Positions 6,432 through 7,091 of a DNA stretch of 7,091 nt are shown piece after piece. This stretch comes from an uncultured Gammaproteobacteria bacterium. Lineage in GTDB: Bacteria > Patescibacteriota > Patescibacteriia > UBA2591 > UBA6264. The DNA is taken from the NCBI GenBank assembly GCA_964617525.1, contig CAZTWG010000033.1:1-7091 (forward strand), in the 5' to 3' direction. Both the position numbers and the translations under genes were made by a program. Position 1 is the stretch's first letter. Each line of letters starts with the position of its first letter. A model generated the notes under the pieces. That model worked only from the letters and a program-made list of their open reading frames with translations. It was not told the DNA's origin and made no database searches.

Positions 6432-6459
6432 TTCCTAATTCCTAATACCTAATTCCTAA
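6432..6459. repeat. Tandem heptamer array TTCCTAA TTCCTAA TACCTAA TTCCTAA
   Basis: Four head-to-tail 7-mers lie in the protease-hsp20 spacer, with one substitution in unit 3. The array is preceded by CAAATGTCA (6414-6422), which recurs at 6474-6482. Confidence 0.75.
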
Positions 6460-6490
6460 CAAAATAACTAATGCAAATGTCAAAAATTTT

Positions 6491-6533
6491 TAGAAATTAG
6501 AAATTAAGATTTTTATTAGACATTAGAAATTAA
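6491..6533. repeat. Pair of 17-nt direct repeats TAGAAATTAGAAATTAA / TAGACATTAGAAATTAA, each built from TAGAAAT heptamers
   Basis: The copies are at 6491-6507 and 6517-6533, 16/17 identical and offset by 26 nt. The second copy ends 10 nt before the hsp20 ATG. The unit TTAGAAA is a near reverse complement of the TTCCTAA array (TTAGGAA on the other strand). Confidence 0.7.
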
Positions 6534-6543
6534 TATTTATCTT

Positions 6544-7041
6544 ATGAGTTTTTGGAGTAAAATATCAGGATTAAATCAAGAGTTTCTTAGCAGAGAGGGA
6601 GAAGAGGTTAGCGTTATTACTAGTGCCGAAGAAGCTAAGATTAAAAAAATAAAAAAGCCACACAAAAAAGAAAAAGAGATTCTTGAGGATTGGCTACCGG
6701 AAGAAAGCCAAGGTCAATTGTCTATTGACATCTATGAGGATGGTGATTCCTTGGTCATAGAATCAATGATTGCGGGCGTACAGGCTAAAGATATAGATAT
6801 CATTACGGAAACAGACTTAGTTGTTATTCGTGGCTCTAGATCTAAAATTAGAGAAGAGAAAGAAAATTTGAATTATTATTATCAAGAATGTTTTTGGGGA
6901 AAGTTTTCCAGAACATTGATTTTGCCCTGCCCTATTAAGCCTAACGAAGTTAAAGCTAATTTTAAAAATGGCATCTTAAAGATAATTTTACCCAAAGCAG
7001 AAGAAGTTGATGGTCAAAAAAATATTAAAGTTTCAGAATGA
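6544..7041 (+). CDS. Hsp20 / alpha-crystallin family small heat-shock protein
   Basis: The 165-aa ORF has an alpha-crystallin domain from about LSIDIYEDGDSLVIESMIAGV through GKFSRTLILPCPIKPNEVKANFKNGILKIILPK, matching the family pattern G-x-F-x-R-x-x-x-L-P ... A-x-x-x-N-G-(V/I)-L-x-I-x-L-P-K. The N-terminal arm is Lys/Glu-rich (KIKKIKKPHKKEKE). The stop is TGA at 7039-7041. Confidence 0.9.
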   Translation: MSFWSKISGLNQEFLSREGEEVSVITSAEEAKIKKIKKPHKKEKEILEDWLPEESQGQLSIDIYEDGDSLVIESMIAGVQAKDIDIITETDLVVIRGSRSKIREEKENLNYYYQECFWGKFSRTLILPCPIKPNEVKANFKNGILKIILPKAEEVDGQKNIKVSE

Positions 7042-7091
7042 TTTTTAAATCAAAAAAAAAATATTATAGAATTATTTTTTACCCTTTATTC

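Noticed and set aside
6432-6533. Mini-CRISPR array or telomere-like repeat (minus strand reads TTAGGAA TTAGGTA TTAGGAA TTAGGAA)
   Set aside because: The units are 7 nt with no spacers, far too short for CRISPR. The array is internal and only four units long, so a telomere-type function is not supported.
6381-6543. Sigma-70 type promoter calls (for example TTGCGA at 6389 with TATCAA at 6411, or TAAGAT at 6505)
   Set aside because: In DNA this AT-rich, partial -10/-35 matches are expected by chance. None combines a good -35, 17-nt spacing and a good -10, so no promoter is annotated.
7056-7080. Hairpin after the hsp20 stop (AAAAAATA ... TATTTTTT, 8-bp stem, 9-nt loop) as an intrinsic terminator
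   Set aside because: The stem is entirely A-U and arises from adjacent A- and T-runs. Its stability would be marginal. It may contribute to termination but cannot be supported from sequence alone.
1-7091. Alternative genetic code (UGA read as Gly, code 25, as in some candidate phyla)
   Set aside because: gyrA (827 codons) and the protease (745 codons) are intact and collinear with homologues under the standard code with no internal TGA. Three genes end naturally at TGA.

Overview
The window is AT-rich (roughly one-third GC by eye) and bacterial. It holds five co-directional plus-strand genes separated by short spacers: (1) the 3' end of a protein with tandem LamG / concanavalin-A-like lectin modules, running off the 5' edge; (2) a 209-aa MBL-fold (Lactamase_B_3 / UPF0173-like) protein whose metal-ligand positions all look substituted; (3) gyrA; (4) a 745-aa S8 subtilisin-like protease with an N-terminal signal or anchor and six C-terminal 51-aa FG-GAP-like repeats; (5) an Hsp20 / alpha-crystallin small heat-shock protein. 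The three remaining track ORFs (837-1064 minus, 3426-3620 minus, 5470-5676 plus) are shadow or alternate-frame artefacts. The gene content, the AT richness and the absence of Shine-Dalgarno motifs fit a streamlined uncultivated bacterium, possibly Patescibacteria/CPR; that placement is inference only. I find no recognisable multi-gene defence, mobile-element, CRISPR or biosynthetic system and do not claim one. The least explained signal is non-coding. A GC-rich hairpin element sits just after the stop codons of the LamG and MBL genes, with 39/47 nt identical between the two copies and one copy carrying a perfect 18-bp palindrome. A more divergent, palindrome-dense GC island fills the gyrA-protease spacer. 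Secondary observations are Gln at the quinolone-determining Ser83-equivalent of GyrA, a probable MBL pseudoenzyme, mosaic nucleotide identity among the protease repeats, and a repeat-dense hsp20 upstream region.
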